Part shown: one piece after another, positions 16,706-27,241 of the stretch
Layout: each line of letters begins with the position of its first letter
Position numbering within the stretch: the first letter of the stretch is position 1
NCBI GenBank assembly: GCA_044228445.1
Contig: JBGAUV010000001.1
Location: 143,827-207,826, forward strand
From: Minisyncoccia bacterium
Lineage (GTDB): Bacteria; Patescibacteriota; Minisyncoccia; Phycocordibacterales; PALSA-1337
Length of the DNA: 64,000 nucleotides
Reading direction: 5' to 3'
Position numbers and translations under genes: made by a program
The notes under the pieces: model-generated
What the model saw: only the letters and a program-made list of their open reading frames with translations
Databases searched by the model: none
What the model was told of the DNA's origin: nothing

Positions 16706-17953
16706 ATGAAGCACATAATTATCGCATTTCTGGCTATTATACTTTTATTATCACCTTGGGTAGTAAAGAGTTTTCCTAATACAATAAAATACGTTAGTGA
16801 AAACTATATAAAGAATGCTAGTGATTTTTTGGCTTCAGTAATTCACAAACCTGTGCAAGTTGCTGATATGAAGTCTAGATATAGTAATTCTACAAATAAA
16901 ATAAATATCTTAATTGTTCCAGGACATGAACCTAGTTTTGGTGGGGCAGAGTATTTGGATTTAAAAGAAAGAGATATGAATGTTGAACTTTCAAATAGTT
17001 TGGCTGAATTTTTTTCTAGAAATAGTCACTACAATGTAAATATTTCTCGTGATAAACAAAGTTGGAATCCTATTTTAAGCGATTATTTTAAAAATCATTG
17101 GGATGAAATCGTTGCTTTCTTAAAAGATAGTAAACAAGAAGTTTTAACTTCAATTCAAAATGGAAGTATGAAGCTTGATAATAATGGATTATTTCATAAT
17201 AATGCCCCAAGAGATGTGGCTTATAGACTTTATGGAATAAATAAATGGGGTAATGAAAATAATATTGATATTGCTATCCATGTTCATTTCAATGATTATC
17301 CAAGAAGAAATGCTTCAATTCCTGGAAAGTATTCGGGTCTTACTATTTATGTACCGGAATCAAGTTTTCAAAATAATGCTAGTACAGTTGCTGTTGCTGA
17401 CACTATATTTAAAAGACTTACAAAATACAATGCAAAAAGTAATTTACCAAAAGAAGATGATGGTATAGTCGAGGATAGTGATCTTATAGCTATTGGTGCT
17501 TATAATTCTTCAAATGCAGCAAGTATGTTAATTGAATATGGTTATATTTATGAACCACAATTTGCTGATCAATATGTTAGAGAAGCTAGTCTGAGAGAAT
17601 TGGCTTATCAAACATACTTGGGTGTAGAAGATTTCTTTAATCAAAATAATCAAAATGGAATTGCTTATGATACCTTGGTTTTGCCATATACATGGAAAAA
17701 TACCCTGGATGAAAAATCTATAGAAAAAAATGATATATTTGCACTTCAAACTGCTCTAACGTTAGATGGTGTATATCCACCACAAGGTAAACAAAAAAAT
17801 GATTGTCCAAGAACAGGAAAGATTGGTCCTTGTACTAAAGCTTCAATACTAGAATTTCAAAAGAAATATGGAATAACAGGAGAGGGTGGGGTGGTTGGTA
17901 AAAAAACACTAGATATACTAAACAATAAATTTTCAGTAAAACAAGTTATATAG
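16706..17953 (+). CDS. Putative cell-wall hydrolase (amidase-like core) with C-terminal peptidoglycan-binding domain
   Basis: N-terminal signal/TM; VPGHEPSFGGAEY resembles the Amidase_3 GHGG.D.GA motif; C-terminal PG_binding_1-like ALQTALTLDGVYPP...ILEFQKKYGITGEGGVVGKKTLDIL. Confidence 0.5.
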   Translation: MKHIIIAFLAIILLLSPWVVKSFPNTIKYVSENYIKNASDFLASVIHKPVQVADMKSRYSNSTNKINILIVPGHEPSFGGAEYLDLKERDMNVELSNSLAEFFSRNSHYNVNISRDKQSWNPILSDYFKNHWDEIVAFLKDSKQEVLTSIQNGSMKLDNNGLFHNNAPRDVAYRLYGINKWGNENNIDIAIHVHFNDYPRRNASIPGKYSGLTIYVPESSFQNNASTVAVADTIFKRLTKYNAKSNLPKEDDGIVEDSDLIAIGAYNSSNAASMLIEYGYIYEPQFADQYVREASLRELAYQTYLGVEDFFNQNNQNGIAYDTLVLPYTWKNTLDEKSIEKNDIFALQTALTLDGVYPPQGKQKNDCPRTGKIGPCTKASILEFQKKYGITGEGGVVGKKTLDILNNKFSVKQVI

Positions 17954-19160
17954 TTTTTGTATTTTTTAATTCTTGTTTTGCAACTTCTTCATCACTCCAA
18001 GGTTGCTTTTCTCCATTTGGACCCATTATATATGGATCAGTCCCTTTACCAGTGATTAAAACTACATCACCTTTTTTTGCTAACTTTATTCCTTGGCGTA
18101 TAGCTTGTCTTCTATCCATAATTATTTCGAGTGGATGATTCTTTATTCCTTTTGCAACATCATCAACTATATTTTGAGGATTTTCATCATAAGGATCTTC
18201 ATTCGTAAGTATTATGTAATCACAATATTGATCAGCTATTTTTCCCATTTCTGATCTTTTCCAAGTATCTCTACCGCCACCTGTACCACCAAGAATTGCA
18301 ATCTTTCTTTTATTTGGAAATGCTTTATATAGTTTTTCTAGAGAATCAGTTGTATGAGCATAATCTACAACTACATCAAAATCCTGACCTTGTTTTATAA
18401 ACTGCACTCTTCCTAGAACTTGTTTGAATTTTTTTATACCAAGTCTTATTGTATTTTCATCTATACCAAGTTCTTTACAGAGACTATATGCGCCGGAAAC
18501 ATTGTATTTATTAAAATCTCCAATAAGTGAAGTTTCAATATCATTTCTCATATTGAACTTTATTTTTTTATCAAATTCATAAGATAAAAATTTATCACTT
18601 TCTTTATCGTCACTATTAACTACAATTATTCTCGGTCTTTTATTTGATTTGCTTAATTCTTTTGCAATTTTTAATTTTGCATCTCTATAGTTTTCATATG
18701 AACCATGAGCTTCAATATGTTCAGGTGAAAGATTGGTAAAGACTAGGGAATTGGGGTAAATAAATTTATGACGGAAGTTCAATACACCCTGTGATGTTAC
18801 TTCCATAACTATATAGTCACAACCAGATTTTACAGCATTGTATATAAAGTTTTGAATAAAGAATCTTCCAGGCATAGACATTTTATATAAATTTGGTTTT
18901 GTCTCATCACCGATCTTTATTCTTATAGTATTTGAAACTGCAGTTTTATATCCAGCTTTTTCTAAAATTGCATTTATTATTTCTGTAGTTGTACTTTTTC
19001 CTTTTGTTCCTGTAACAGTAATTATATTTATTTTTTTTCCTGGGAAACCATAAAGTATTGCCCCGGTTAGACTCAATGAATAGTGATACATAGGTTGAAA
19101 AAAACTATATATATTTTTAGGTATTAACTTTCTTATTTGACCTAGTATTTTATCAAGCAT
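17946..19160 (-). CDS. Mur ligase family protein
   Basis: P-loop TGTKGKSTTTEII; Mur ligase middle and C-terminal domains. Confidence 0.8.
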   Translation of the reverse strand: MLDKILGQIRKLIPKNIYSFFQPMYHYSLSLTGAILYGFPGKKINIITVTGTKGKSTTTEIINAILEKAGYKTAVSNTIRIKIGDETKPNLYKMSMPGRFFIQNFIYNAVKSGCDYIVMEVTSQGVLNFRHKFIYPNSLVFTNLSPEHIEAHGSYENYRDAKLKIAKELSKSNKRPRIIVVNSDDKESDKFLSYEFDKKIKFNMRNDIETSLIGDFNKYNVSGAYSLCKELGIDENTIRLGIKKFKQVLGRVQFIKQGQDFDVVVDYAHTTDSLEKLYKAFPNKRKIAILGGTGGGRDTWKRSEMGKIADQYCDYIILTNEDPYDENPQNIVDDVAKGIKNHPLEIIMDRRQAIRQGIKLAKKGDVVLITGKGTDPYIMGPNGEKQPWSDEEVAKQELKNTKTI

Positions 19161-19174
19161 GTATTTAATTTATT

Positions 19175-19741
19175 TTAATTTTTTCCTAGTTCCTTTAAGG
19201 CTAGTTTAACTCTTGCTCCAGTTCCTATGTCTTTTGGAATTTTACGCAAGACATCTCTTGCTTCTTCTGGGGAATAGCCAAGAGCCTTCAGTGCTTCTAT
19301 AACATCAATATCACCTGAAACTTCAACACTATCTATATCTACTGCTCCAAGTTTATCTCTCAATTCTAATACTATTTTTTCAGCTGTCTTTTTTCCAATT
19401 CCAGATATTTTTACAAGGTGAGCAACAGAACCACCTTTTATAGAATTTATAAGAGTATCAACACTAGCAAGGGATAGTATGTTTTGAGCACCTTTAGGTC
19501 CAATTCCTGAAACAGAGATCAAGAGTTCAAAAAAGTCTTTATCCCTTTTTTCTATAAAACCATAAAGATCCATAGCATCATCCCTTACTACCATGTATAT
19601 CCAAAACATAGTCTCAAATCCTTGTTTTAGGCTCTGTATAGCATCAGAAGTTAAAAATACCTTATACCCAACACCTGATACATCAAGCACTATGTATTTA
19701 TTATCTTTATGTATGATTTTACCTTGAAGTGAAGCTATCAT
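19175..19741 (-). CDS. ruvA: Holliday junction branch-migration protein RuvA
   Basis: MIASLQGKI...YVVLDVSGVGYKV...ISGIGPKGAQNIL. Confidence 0.9.
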   Translation of the reverse strand: MIASLQGKIIHKDNKYIVLDVSGVGYKVFLTSDAIQSLKQGFETMFWIYMVVRDDAMDLYGFIEKRDKDFFELLISVSGIGPKGAQNILSLASVDTLINSIKGGSVAHLVKISGIGKKTAEKIVLELRDKLGAVDIDSVEVSGDIDVIEALKALGYSPEEARDVLRKIPKDIGTGARVKLALKELGKN

Positions 19742-19811
19742 GGTTCAATCATATATCAAGTCTTGTGTTTTTTGAAGCTGTATGTTAATTTGTAAGACAC
19801 ATAACAAATAT

Positions 19812-20084
19812 ATGCCTATAACATCTGGAGCAAAAAAAGCATTAAGAGCAAGCTATAAAAAGCGCGTTTTCAACCTTCGTATGAAGGCAAACATGGATTT
19901 GAACATTAAAAAGTTTAGAAAGTTAATTTCAGAAAAGAAAGTAGCAGAAGCAAAAGCACTTGTACCTAGTATATATCAAGCATTTGATAAAGCAGTAAAG
20001 AAAGATTTCATAAAAGCAAATGCAAGCTCAAGATATAAGTCTAGAGTAATGCATGCTCTAAAGAAAGCAGAGGGAGTTAAATAA
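19812..20084 (+). CDS. rpsT: 30S ribosomal protein S20
   Basis: Basic helical protein, AKKALRASYKKRVFNLRMK...KANASSRYKSRVMHAL; start at internal Met. Confidence 0.85.
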   Translation: MPITSGAKKALRASYKKRVFNLRMKANMDLNIKKFRKLISEKKVAEAKALVPSIYQAFDKAVKKDFIKANASSRYKSRVMHALKKAEGVK

Positions 20085-20087
20085 AAC

Positions 20088-20118
20088 AAAAAGACCGGTA
20101 GTACCGGTTTTTTTGTTG
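20088..20118 (+). terminator. Rho-independent terminator
   Basis: aaaaagACCGGTAgTACCGGTttttttg. Confidence 0.6.
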
Positions 20119-20199
20119 ATTACTTATTATTTATACATAATTATAAATAGTTGATAATTCGCTACTTATTTAGCAGTAATTGAGTTAATATTATGGTAT

Positions 20200-21009
20200 A
20201 TGAAAAATAATTTTTTATCAGTATCTGTTCTTTTTTGGATTATAATCGGGTCAGTTTTATGGAATTTACTTTACAACGACTCTTTTAAAGGAATTCTGGA
20301 TTCGGAGCATATACTTTATTTTATATTGATTTGTCTCGCTACTTATACTCTAGGAACTATAATGTATTTACAGCTAACAAAAAAATATAAGAACGTTGTT
20401 ATTGATATTAAAAATAGTGATAAAAGAACTTATTATGAAAGTAAAACACAATACTATTTTGTTTCGATAATAGCTTTTGTTGTTTTTTCTGCACTCTCTT
20501 TATTTAATATTAAAGGATTAAGCAGTGTTTCCATTTACTTTGTTGGTGTAAGTTTATTAGCTTTGGTATTAGTTTATTTCTACAGAACTTCTTCTTTTAT
20601 TCTTAGTCAGGATAAGTTTATATGGAAAAAAGGTTTTACAAAAATAGAGTGTCCTTGGTCTGATGTTATAGCTATTCATCATGATATTGAACCTAGTTTG
20701 GTAAATGCCGGTAGAAAGTTTAAATCATCTTCATTTTTTATAGAAACAAAACAAGGTTTTACTGGATATGCTGATCTCACAAATATAAAAGTAAAAGGAT
20801 ATTTTACTTTATTAAATCAAGGTAATAAATTAATTGAAGAGATAAAATTAAAATCAGGTTCTTTAGAAAAAGCCGGTGATATTTCAATGTTTAAGCAAAC
20901 AAAAAAACTTAAAGATTTAGTTCTATTATTACTTGGCATTTTTCTTATTCCTGTAGTTATAGTAACTATGTATTCATTCTTTACTGGTTTCAATTTATTT
21001 AATTTTTAA
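20200..21009 (+). CDS. Hypothetical membrane protein
   Basis: Multiple TM segments; no motif. Confidence 0.4.
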   Translation: MKNNFLSVSVLFWIIIGSVLWNLLYNDSFKGILDSEHILYFILICLATYTLGTIMYLQLTKKYKNVVIDIKNSDKRTYYESKTQYYFVSIIAFVVFSALSLFNIKGLSSVSIYFVGVSLLALVLVYFYRTSSFILSQDKFIWKKGFTKIECPWSDVIAIHHDIEPSLVNAGRKFKSSSFFIETKQGFTGYADLTNIKVKGYFTLLNQGNKLIEEIKLKSGSLEKAGDISMFKQTKKLKDLVLLLLGIFLIPVVIVTMYSFFTGFNLFNF

Positions 21010-21014
21010 TTAAT

Positions 21015-21338
21015 ATGAAAAAATATATTTTATTCTCAAGTCTTACTACTTTCTTTTTTCCATTAATAATGTTCTTTCCCTTATTCTTTCTTAGTTTATT
21101 TATACATAACCCTCTTCTTTTACTTACCAATATAACAGGTACAGATTCTACCGGTTTTATATTAGCGGGATTTATTTGGATTATTATTGGAGGTTTAATT
21201 GGTTATCTTATATTTACTTTTCGTAACATTACTTATACAAAAAAGGGTATACCTGTTCCATCTTTTGGCTTTTCAGCAATTATATTAACTATTCTTATTC
21301 AATTAGTAATTACCTATATAGTTTCGTATTTAATATAG
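21015..21338 (+). CDS. Hypothetical membrane protein
   Basis: 3 TM; followed by terminator aaaaaACCGGCAGTACCGGTttttt at ~21345..21375. Confidence 0.4.
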   Translation: MKKYILFSSLTTFFFPLIMFFPLFFLSLFIHNPLLLLTNITGTDSTGFILAGFIWIIIGGLIGYLIFTFRNITYTKKGIPVPSFGFSAIILTILIQLVITYIVSYLI

Positions 21339-21507
21339 TAAAACAAAAAAACCGGCAGTACCGGTTTTTTGTTGGCGTTACCTTTTTATTCTTAGTACTT
21401 TTTTAGTATAAGAAAATTTTAGATAGGTCATCTATATGTACTATTTGGATTATTTTAAAATATTAGATTGAGGTACTTTCATTTAAACTCAAAATTAGAC
21501 TTTAAAT

Positions 21508-22383
21508 CTACTGAACGTTAACTTTTATGCTTGAAGTTGCGTTTTTTCCATAAAAATCTGAAGCTGTAAATTCTAATAGATAAGTTCCAGCTTTATCAAA
21601 TTTCCAATTTATAGACGAAGAGTAGGGTTCCGTTGATTTGATGCCCGCTATTTTTGATAGGTTTGTTTGAATTGGTAATGTTTGTGTGATTGACATGCTA
21701 TAGCTTATTTTTTGTCCCTCGGGATCATTAGCAACAATAGTCCAGATTCCATTCTCATTTATTTTTAGATTGGTTGGACCTGTAACATTTGAGATTACAG
21801 GTATTTTATTTGCCATTTCTATAGGGTCTAAAACTGTAATTAAGCTATCGCTTGTATCACAAGAACTTGAGGTCTTTTCTGACCCCATACAAATTCTTAG
21901 GTAATAGTTTCCCTTATTTGTTGGAGTCCATGAATAGGTGTTCGTGTTGGAAATGTTTGAAGCTAAAATAATTTCAGGATCTACAACAGCAAGACACGCT
22001 TGTCCTGACTTCAAATTAAAACATCCTGAAAGATTTTGTATTAAATAAATTGTAACATCCCCCTTAGATGAAATACTAGAATTTGTCCAGGTGATACCAA
22101 CCTTATTTCCAATTTTTATATTTTCTCCGTTGTTTGGATATGTAATTTTTAGCTTAGAAGTAGTTTTTGTATTTTGAACTGGTGTTGAAGGTTTAATTTC
22201 GATACGGTTTGTTGATGTGGTTGAGGTGTGTTGATCGGATGGAGTGTTTGTGTCTGTAGGCATTAATAAATCAACTTTTTTATTTTTATAATAAAACACA
22301 CTAATACCTATTGATAAAATAGCTATCATTACAATAACTAATGGGGCAACAAAACCTTTTTGTTTATTTTTCATGTGATTCAT
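21508..22383 (-). CDS. Hypothetical secreted protein with N-terminal anchor and Ser/Thr-rich linker
   Basis: N-terminal TM followed by TS-rich low-complexity stretch and beta-rich body. Confidence 0.4.
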   Translation of the reverse strand: MNHMKNKQKGFVAPLVIVMIAILSIGISVFYYKNKKVDLLMPTDTNTPSDQHTSTTSTNRIEIKPSTPVQNTKTTSKLKITYPNNGENIKIGNKVGITWTNSSISSKGDVTIYLIQNLSGCFNLKSGQACLAVVDPEIILASNISNTNTYSWTPTNKGNYYLRICMGSEKTSSSCDTSDSLITVLDPIEMANKIPVISNVTGPTNLKINENGIWTIVANDPEGQKISYSMSITQTLPIQTNLSKIAGIKSTEPYSSSINWKFDKAGTYLLEFTASDFYGKNATSSIKVNVQ

Positions 22384-22454
22384 ATACTAACTTAATTTGA
22401 AGGGTTTGAGTAGTAACTTTTCTATTTCACCAACTTAAGTCTTTCTCACTAAAG

Positions 22455-22528
22455 GGTGCCCCCGGTAGGAATCGAACCTACATCACAACTTCCGCAAAGT
22501 TGTGTCCTATCCATTGAACGACGAGGGC
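22455..22528 (-). tRNA. tRNA-Arg (anticodon GCG as read from the loop)
   Basis: Reverse complement GCCCTCGTCGTTCAATGGATAGGACACAACTTTGCGGAAGTTGTGATGTAGGTTCGATTCCTACCGGGGGCACC; anticodon loop UUGCGGA. Confidence 0.55.
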
Positions 22529-22553
22529 ATATAAATACTTTGCTACACTACCA

Positions 22554-23012
22554 TTAAAATCCAAATCTCTCAAGAATCTTCTGAAATATTGATTCATGAT
22601 GCTCAGTTTCGGCAATATAGTTTAAAAGTATATCTCTAACTTCTTCTGGATCGACTTCATCAATATGAACAATAATATATGGTGAAAAAGTCTTTAAAGA
22701 TTTTAATATTATTTTAGCTGGACGTTCATCTGCATCTATCCAGAATGATTCTAGGCTAAGAAAAGGGTATAGAACATTGTCAATAATTATTCCTCTATCA
22801 TTTATTTCACATTGAATATCTCTATTTGCTCTACTAGCATGAACAATTAATGAAAATACTCCAACAAGTATAAATACACCAAAAATAAAGTTACCGAAGA
22901 TAAATGAAAGGGCAGTAGCAGTAACAGTAATAATACCAACTGACCAATACCAATCATTATCTTTTTCTGATTTAAAATGTTGTTTTGCTACCCAAGATAT
23001 GAGGGGTTTCAT
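22554..23012 (-). CDS. Hypothetical membrane protein (bacterial PH-domain-like)
   Basis: Two N-terminal TM helices then soluble domain. Confidence 0.35.
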   Translation of the reverse strand: MKPLISWVAKQHFKSEKDNDWYWSVGIITVTATALSFIFGNFIFGVFILVGVFSLIVHASRANRDIQCEINDRGIIIDNVLYPFLSLESFWIDADERPAKIILKSLKTFSPYIIVHIDEVDPEEVRDILLNYIAETEHHESIFQKILERFGF

Positions 23013-23081
23013 AACGATATTATAGCACTAGATTTGGTACAAATAAAAAATACCAGCATAAGCTGGCATTTTTTAATTTTG

Positions 23082-23168
<87 letters not shown>

Positions 23169-23249
23169 ATTTACAATATAATTAATATACTGAGTATTTA
23201 GATATTCTCATACTTTGCTCATATTTTCAATATGCAGTAAGATTACCAT

Positions 23250-23645
23250 ATGAGATTACTAGGAATTGATTATGGTTCAAAGAGAGTAGGAATAGCAATA
23301 TCTGATGTTGATGCAGGCTTCGCAATACCAACAAGTGTAATAAAAAACCAAGGAGATATAGAAAAACTTTTAAAAGAAGTAATAGAATTGGCGACTAAAA
23401 ATTCAATAAAAGAAATAGTAATAGGGGAGTCAAAAGATTTTAAAGGGAAAGATAATTCTATTATGAATGAAAGTTTGGAATTTAAAAAAAGACTAGAAGA
23501 TAAAGGTTATACTGTACATATGGAACCAGAATTTCTAACAAGTTTTCAAGCAGAGAAAATTCAAGGTAAAAATGATTTATTGGATGCTTCAGCAGCGGCA
23601 ATTATATTGCAAAGCTTTATAGATAAAAGAAAGTTTCAAAAATAA
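23250..23645 (+). CDS. ruvX: Putative pre-16S rRNA nuclease / Holliday junction resolvase-like YqgF (RuvX)
   Basis: MRLLGIDYGSKRVGIAISD... Confidence 0.85.
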   Translation: MRLLGIDYGSKRVGIAISDVDAGFAIPTSVIKNQGDIEKLLKEVIELATKNSIKEIVIGESKDFKGKDNSIMNESLEFKKRLEDKGYTVHMEPEFLTSFQAEKIQGKNDLLDASAAAIILQSFIDKRKFQK

Positions 23646-23687
23646 TACAGAGTGGAAATGAGTTTTCTATTGTGCTAGATTAAATAT

Positions 23688-24074
23688 ATGAACCCACAAA
23701 AAATCTCATATGATGATTTTGCAAAAGTAGAAATAAAAGCTGGTAAAATACTTTCAGCAGAAAAAATACCAGATACTGATAAGCTTTTAAAGTTATCAGT
23801 AGATTTTGGTGAAAATCAAGAAATTCCAAGTGTTGAAGAGGGAAAGACAGTTTTAGTTTCAAAACCAAGACAAATAGTCTCAGGTATATCTATGTATTTT
23901 TCTGATCCTACAGTTTTAATAGGTAAAACATGTATGTTTGTTACGAATCTTGAACCAAGAATGATAAAAGGTTATGAAAGCAATGGTATGCTTTTTGCAC
24001 TTTCAACAAATGATGGTAATTTTTCTTTACTTGAACCAAATCAAACTATACCAGTTGGAACTAAAGCAAAATAA
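23688..24074 (+). CDS. tRNA-binding domain protein (CsaA/EMAP-like)
   Basis: FAKVEIKAGKILSAEKIPDTDKLLKLSVDFGE is a tRNA_bind OB fold. Confidence 0.75.
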   Translation: MNPQKISYDDFAKVEIKAGKILSAEKIPDTDKLLKLSVDFGENQEIPSVEEGKTVLVSKPRQIVSGISMYFSDPTVLIGKTCMFVTNLEPRMIKGYESNGMLFALSTNDGNFSLLEPNQTIPVGTKAK

Positions 24075-24698
24075 ATGAATATACAAGACATTCTTGATCC
24101 ACAAAAAATAATTAGCCTATTTGGTGTTATTGGCGTAATAGCAATAGTATTTGCTGAATCAGGTTTATTCTTTGGCTTCTTTTTACCTGGAGATTCACTA
24201 CTTTTTACAGCAGGACTTTTATCTTCACAAGGAATACTGCCATTTTGGATTTTATTGATCGGAGTATTTGTGGCTGCTGTACTTGGGGATAATGTTGGAT
24301 ATTGGTTTGGTAAAAAACTCGGTCCAGCTTTATTTGTAAAAGAGGATTCTTTTTTCTTCAAGAGAAAATATATTGCTCAAGCACAACACTTTTATGAAAA
24401 GCATGGTAAAAAGACAATTATTCTTTCAAGATTTATTCCAATAATTCGTACTTTTGCACCAATAGTTGCAGGAATAGGGAATATGAATTATAAGATTTTC
24501 TTTTTATACAATGTTATAGGAGGATTCGTATGGTCTATAGGTCTAACTGTGCTCGGTTATATACTAGGCTCAACAATACCTGGAATAGATAAATATCTTT
24601 TACCAATCATACTACTCATAATCCTCATATCCTTTTTACCTGGTATATATCACTTGTTTAAATCATATTCAGTTAAAAACAAAAATATAGTACAATAG
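24075..24698 (+). CDS. DedA-family membrane protein
   Basis: FLPGDSLLFTAGLL... DedA/SNARE-associated signature. Confidence 0.85.
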   Translation: MNIQDILDPQKIISLFGVIGVIAIVFAESGLFFGFFLPGDSLLFTAGLLSSQGILPFWILLIGVFVAAVLGDNVGYWFGKKLGPALFVKEDSFFFKRKYIAQAQHFYEKHGKKTIILSRFIPIIRTFAPIVAGIGNMNYKIFFLYNVIGGFVWSIGLTVLGYILGSTIPGIDKYLLPIILLIILISFLPGIYHLFKSYSVKNKNIVQ

Positions 24699-24712
24699 TA
24701 GGAAAGTACTAT

Positions 24713-25660
24713 ATGTTTACAAGAACATTTTTCAAATTATTTCCACCACCACATTATTTGAATATTCCTTATTCAGGTTTGGATATTTCTGATGATGCAA
24801 TACGTGCGGTTGATATGCATAAAACCAGTAAGGGTTTTATTGTTAAAAATTATGGAATTGAGCCTCTAGCTCAAGGTGTAATAGAGTCTGGTCAAATAAA
24901 AGACATGGACGCTCTAGTTCAAGGTCTTAAGAATATAAAAGAAAGAATAAAATTAAATATAGTAAGAGCTTCTTTGCCTGAAGAGAGAATGTATTTGTTT
25001 AAAACTGAAGTTCCAACCACTGATGAAAATGAAATTAGACAACTTATAGAGTTTAAACTTGAAGAAAATGTTCCACTATCACCAAGTGAAGCAATATTTT
25101 TCTTTGATTTAATTCCAAATGCAAATACAAGTAAACAGCATTTTGCTAGTGTTTCTGTTGCTCCACAAGATCTTGTAAATAGTTATCTTGAAGCAATAAA
25201 AAAAGCCGGAATAACAGTAATAGCATTCGATATTCAACCAAAAGCTATTGCTAGAGCTATAGTACCAAAAGGATCACTTGATACAGAAATGATTGTACAT
25301 ATTATGAATAAAAGCACTGGTGTATATATAGTTACAGGAGGTGTACTTTGTTTTACATCAACTATACCTTGGGGTAAAGAGAATGTTGAAAATTCAAATG
25401 ATTTAAAGAAAGAGTTAGGTAGAGTTTATGAATATTGGAAAGATAGGGGACAGAGTTCTATAGGTCGAATAGTTTTATCTGGTAGTTCAGCTTTAAAAGA
25501 TGGTTTGCTTTCACAAATTGCTCCTGATCCACATATTCCAGTTGAACTAGCTCAAGTGTGGAGAAATGCATTTTCAACCGATGAATATATACCTCCAATA
25601 CCATTTGAAGAATCACTTGATTATGCTGTAGCAATAGGACTTTCATTACCAATACAATGA
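24713..25660 (+). CDS. pilM: Type IV pilus assembly protein PilM
   Basis: Actin-like ATPase fold; typical PilM N-terminus DISDDAIRAVDMHKTSKGFIVKNYG; followed by pilN/pilO-like genes. Confidence 0.85.
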   Translation: MFTRTFFKLFPPPHYLNIPYSGLDISDDAIRAVDMHKTSKGFIVKNYGIEPLAQGVIESGQIKDMDALVQGLKNIKERIKLNIVRASLPEERMYLFKTEVPTTDENEIRQLIEFKLEENVPLSPSEAIFFFDLIPNANTSKQHFASVSVAPQDLVNSYLEAIKKAGITVIAFDIQPKAIARAIVPKGSLDTEMIVHIMNKSTGVYIVTGGVLCFTSTIPWGKENVENSNDLKKELGRVYEYWKDRGQSSIGRIVLSGSSALKDGLLSQIAPDPHIPVELAQVWRNAFSTDEYIPPIPFEESLDYAVAIGLSLPIQ

Positions 25661-26208
25661 TACACTATACACTTTTACCAGAATCAGAAATAAGAGTTTT
25701 AAGAAGAGAATATAGAGTCAGGCTTTTTGTTATTCTTCTATTCTTTTTATCAATTGCTATTGTTATAGGAATAATATCTTTAGTACCATCTTTTACTGTT
25801 TCTAGAACAGAAGAGTCTAAAATTATTGAACAAGTAGAGAAAATGAAAAAAGATAGAATAGCAAAAGGTGTAAGTAAAATTGATAAAGAATTAACCCAAA
25901 TTCAATTTATAGTTTCAAGAGTCTTAGTTAAAAAAGATTATATACCGTTTTCAGAAGCAATAGAAAAAATAGGTAAATATAGAACAAATGGTTTATTTAT
26001 AAAATCATTTGAACTTTCATATGAAGACAGTTCAGCGACTACAACAAAAGCATATATTCAAGGTAATTCACTTACAAGAGAAGCATTAATTCAATTTAAA
26101 AAGAATATAGAAAGTGATAATGGTTTTAAAAATATTGAATTACCTATATCAGATTTGGCAAAAAATAAAAATATTACTTTTAGTATGAGATTTAATATTA
26201 TTAAATAA
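25657..26208 (+). CDS. PilN-like pilus assembly protein
   Basis: Single N-terminal TM then periplasmic domain; position after pilM. Confidence 0.5.
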   Translation: MIHYTLLPESEIRVLRREYRVRLFVILLFFLSIAIVIGIISLVPSFTVSRTEESKIIEQVEKMKKDRIAKGVSKIDKELTQIQFIVSRVLVKKDYIPFSEAIEKIGKYRTNGLFIKSFELSYEDSSATTTKAYIQGNSLTREALIQFKKNIESDNGFKNIELPISDLAKNKNITFSMRFNIIK

Positions 26209-26209
26209 A

Positions 26210-26812
26210 ATGAAAATAGGACATAAACACTACATACTACTTATAATGTCGATACTAGCTTTTATAGTATCAGGAACAGCCTATTTTATTATGTATAAAA
26301 ATATAGTTAAACAAGGAAGCATTACTTCAAAAGCACATGCTGAACTTCAATATCAAAATGAAATGAAAAAACATGAAGAAGACTTGGTTGAACTATATAA
26401 TAATTCTGAAAAGGATAGACAAAATATAAATAGTATAATTATATCTGAAGATAAAATTGTTGATTTTATAGAAGCAGTTGAAAATATAGGTAAACAATCG
26501 GGGACTGATATAACAATATCAAGTATTAATAAAGAGAATAAAGATTCAAAGGATGCAAAATTAAAAAATTTTAATATCGGCAACACTATAACAGCAAAAA
26601 TTGATGCAAAAGGAAGTTTTGCTTCAATTATGAAGTCACTAATTTTATTAGAAAATATTCCTTATCAAGTCTATTTAAATAATGTTGTTATAACTACTGA
26701 TGTTTCAGACAATGTTGGGAATGGAGATATAGTAGTGTCTACAAAAAAGAAGGTAGTAACAAATAGTAAATGGTCAATGTCATTACAAATAAAAGCATTA
26801 TCAACAAAATAA
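26210..26812 (+). CDS. PilO-like pilus assembly protein
   Basis: N-terminal TM, coiled coil, C-terminal domain; synteny. Confidence 0.4.
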   Translation: MKIGHKHYILLIMSILAFIVSGTAYFIMYKNIVKQGSITSKAHAELQYQNEMKKHEEDLVELYNNSEKDRQNINSIIISEDKIVDFIEAVENIGKQSGTDITISSINKENKDSKDAKLKNFNIGNTITAKIDAKGSFASIMKSLILLENIPYQVYLNNVVITTDVSDNVGNGDIVVSTKKKVVTNSKWSMSLQIKALSTK

Positions 26813-26813
26813 T

Positions 26814-27140
26814 ATGAATGAAAGATTAAAAAATATTCATTTACCGAGTTTAGGCTTAGGTAAAGCAATAAAAGAAATAGGTAGAAATGCCTATGTTGAT
26901 TGGGTAATTATATCTTTAGTTTTTATATTAATAGCTGGTCTTTCAGTAGCTTTTGGTGTTAAAGTTTATTATGACATGATAAATGGTAAGCTAGGTGAAA
27001 AGCAATTTGACTCTTCTGTTACAACAAAAGACTTTAATATTAAGGATTTTGAAATAGTTACAAAAAAACTTGAAGCAAAAGCAATAAATAGAGATAGGGT
27101 TAAATCAGGTTATATAGGTTTGCGAGATCCGTCTATATAG
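26814..27140 (+). CDS. Hypothetical membrane protein (pilus operon member)
   Basis: Single TM; synteny only. Confidence 0.3.
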   Translation: MNERLKNIHLPSLGLGKAIKEIGRNAYVDWVIISLVFILIAGLSVAFGVKVYYDMINGKLGEKQFDSSVTTKDFNIKDFEIVTKKLEAKAINRDRVKSGYIGLRDPSI

Positions 27141-27166
27141 GTTATATTCTATTTGTTACGGCATAT

Positions 27167-27241
27167 GCCCCTGTAGTTCAATGGATAGAACTGCGGACTT
27201 CTAAGCCGTCGATGTTGGTTCGATTCCAACCGGGGGCACCA
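27167..27241 (+). tRNA. tRNA-Arg (anticodon UCU)
   Basis: GCCCCTGTAGTTCAATGGATAGAACTGCGGACTTCTAAGCCGTCGATGTTGGTTCGATTCCAACCGGGGGCACCA; CCA encoded. Confidence 0.85.
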
